Part shown: piece after piece, positions 41,661-42,542 of the stretch
Numbering within the stretch: the first letter of the stretch is position 1
How the letters are laid out: each line of letters opens with the position of its first letter
Assembly (NCBI GenBank): GCA_010093745.1
Contig: MU006044.1
Location: 1 to 42,542 of the forward strand
Origin: Piedraia hortae CBS 480.64
Taxonomy: Eukaryota
Direction: 5' to 3'
DNA: 42,542 bases
Made by a program: the position numbers and the translations under genes
The notes under the pieces: generated by a model
The model's input: only the letters and a program-made list of their open reading frames with translations
The model's database searches: none
Told to the model about the DNA's origin: nothing

Positions 41661-42542
41661 TTCCAGAGACTGGGAATAGGGACATTTATGTTGTGGTAGA
41701 TCTGAAGAGATCTAGGTGTTGATTTGTTTCTATGATTGGCCCGTCTGGCACGGCCTAGCCAAGTTTTTGGTCTAGTTTGTGATTTACAATAGGCATTGAA
41801 TGCTTTGTGTTCTTTCTTTCTTGCTTACATTCTCTTTCCGATTGAATTTTGTTGATGCACTGTATCTTATCCTCGATCAAAAGGCAATCTAATGCTGCAA
41901 ATACAAACCCGCTTTCGGGCATCATTTTGTACCCTGTCGAGATAAATTCCATTTTTTAGGCGCCCTCTATACTCCATAGCGTGGTCACAGTTGCGTCGCT
42001 TGAAATGACAGCAGTTACAGCGCCGCAGCAGCGTTGGTCGACTGCCCAGGGTTTTAGATGAAGAGAAAATCAGATCAGATACGAGGGATTCCAAAAGCTG
42101 TATTCATCGCTTGGTTTACGCGGCGCGCCATTGCGGTTATCGCTACCCCCCCTTTAGCGTGACGGTTAAAAACAACGAGGACCGTAAGCCACATCATAGC
42201 GGCGTCTAAGCCCCGATCCCTTTCAAGTCGAGCCCACTACTTACGGCTGATGGAAGCGAGTATACTCGCTAGGGGCTGGACGAAGGCTGCCCACACCCTG
42301 CCTGAGCTGGATCTCGGATTTGATGTGAAGTTCTGTTAGGTTCAGCCATCGTCAAGGGGCATGTGATACCGTGATTTTCAGACCGTTCAACAAATATCAT
42401 CCTAGATGTCAGGATCTCAGTCCCAGTTCCAGTCACGTGGCTTCGTCACGGCCCTCTCGGCACGGCCCGTTGGATCCTTGTTGTGAATATGCGGTATATT
42501 ACGCGCATTATTAGTAACCGTCGCTCGGCTCTCGACTTCACG

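Noticed and set aside
1..42542. CRISPR arrays or prokaryotic defence systems
   Set aside because: The sequence is eukaryotic (spliceosomal introns, TAF9, dynein chain) and has no repeat-spacer array; the dispersed repeats are LTRs.

Overview
Eukaryotic DNA from a filamentous ascomycete (Pezizomycotina-like; the taxon cannot be fixed from sequence alone). Two compact, nearly intron-free housekeeping blocks are present: FAN1, mitoribosomal mL54, SEC20, ERV46, TAF9 and UTP11 at about 5.4-14.1 kb, and Tudor-SN (SND1) plus dynein light intermediate chain at about 30.7-35.3 kb. Accessory tracts between them hold transposon debris and lineage-specific genes. The mobile fraction is dominated by a Ty1/copia LTR family with about ten LTR copies or pieces, several with 5-bp target-site duplications (TSDs). 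It includes one internally deleted element, a mosaic LTR, an inverted pair of short LTRs and one LTR that splits a 5S rRNA gene. There is also a second copia remnant with a half-tRNA-iMet primer site and a MULE-like transposase relic. The most unusual items are a tRNA-Glu-like Pol III gene with a broken acceptor stem that may lead into a ~140-nt downstream RNA, two tandem degenerate histone H2A-like sequences, a secreted RNase T1-fold protein with a His/Pro-rich spacer, and a Q-rich BTB-like protein with ten hexapeptide repeats. All calls are by eye from motifs; no database search was run.
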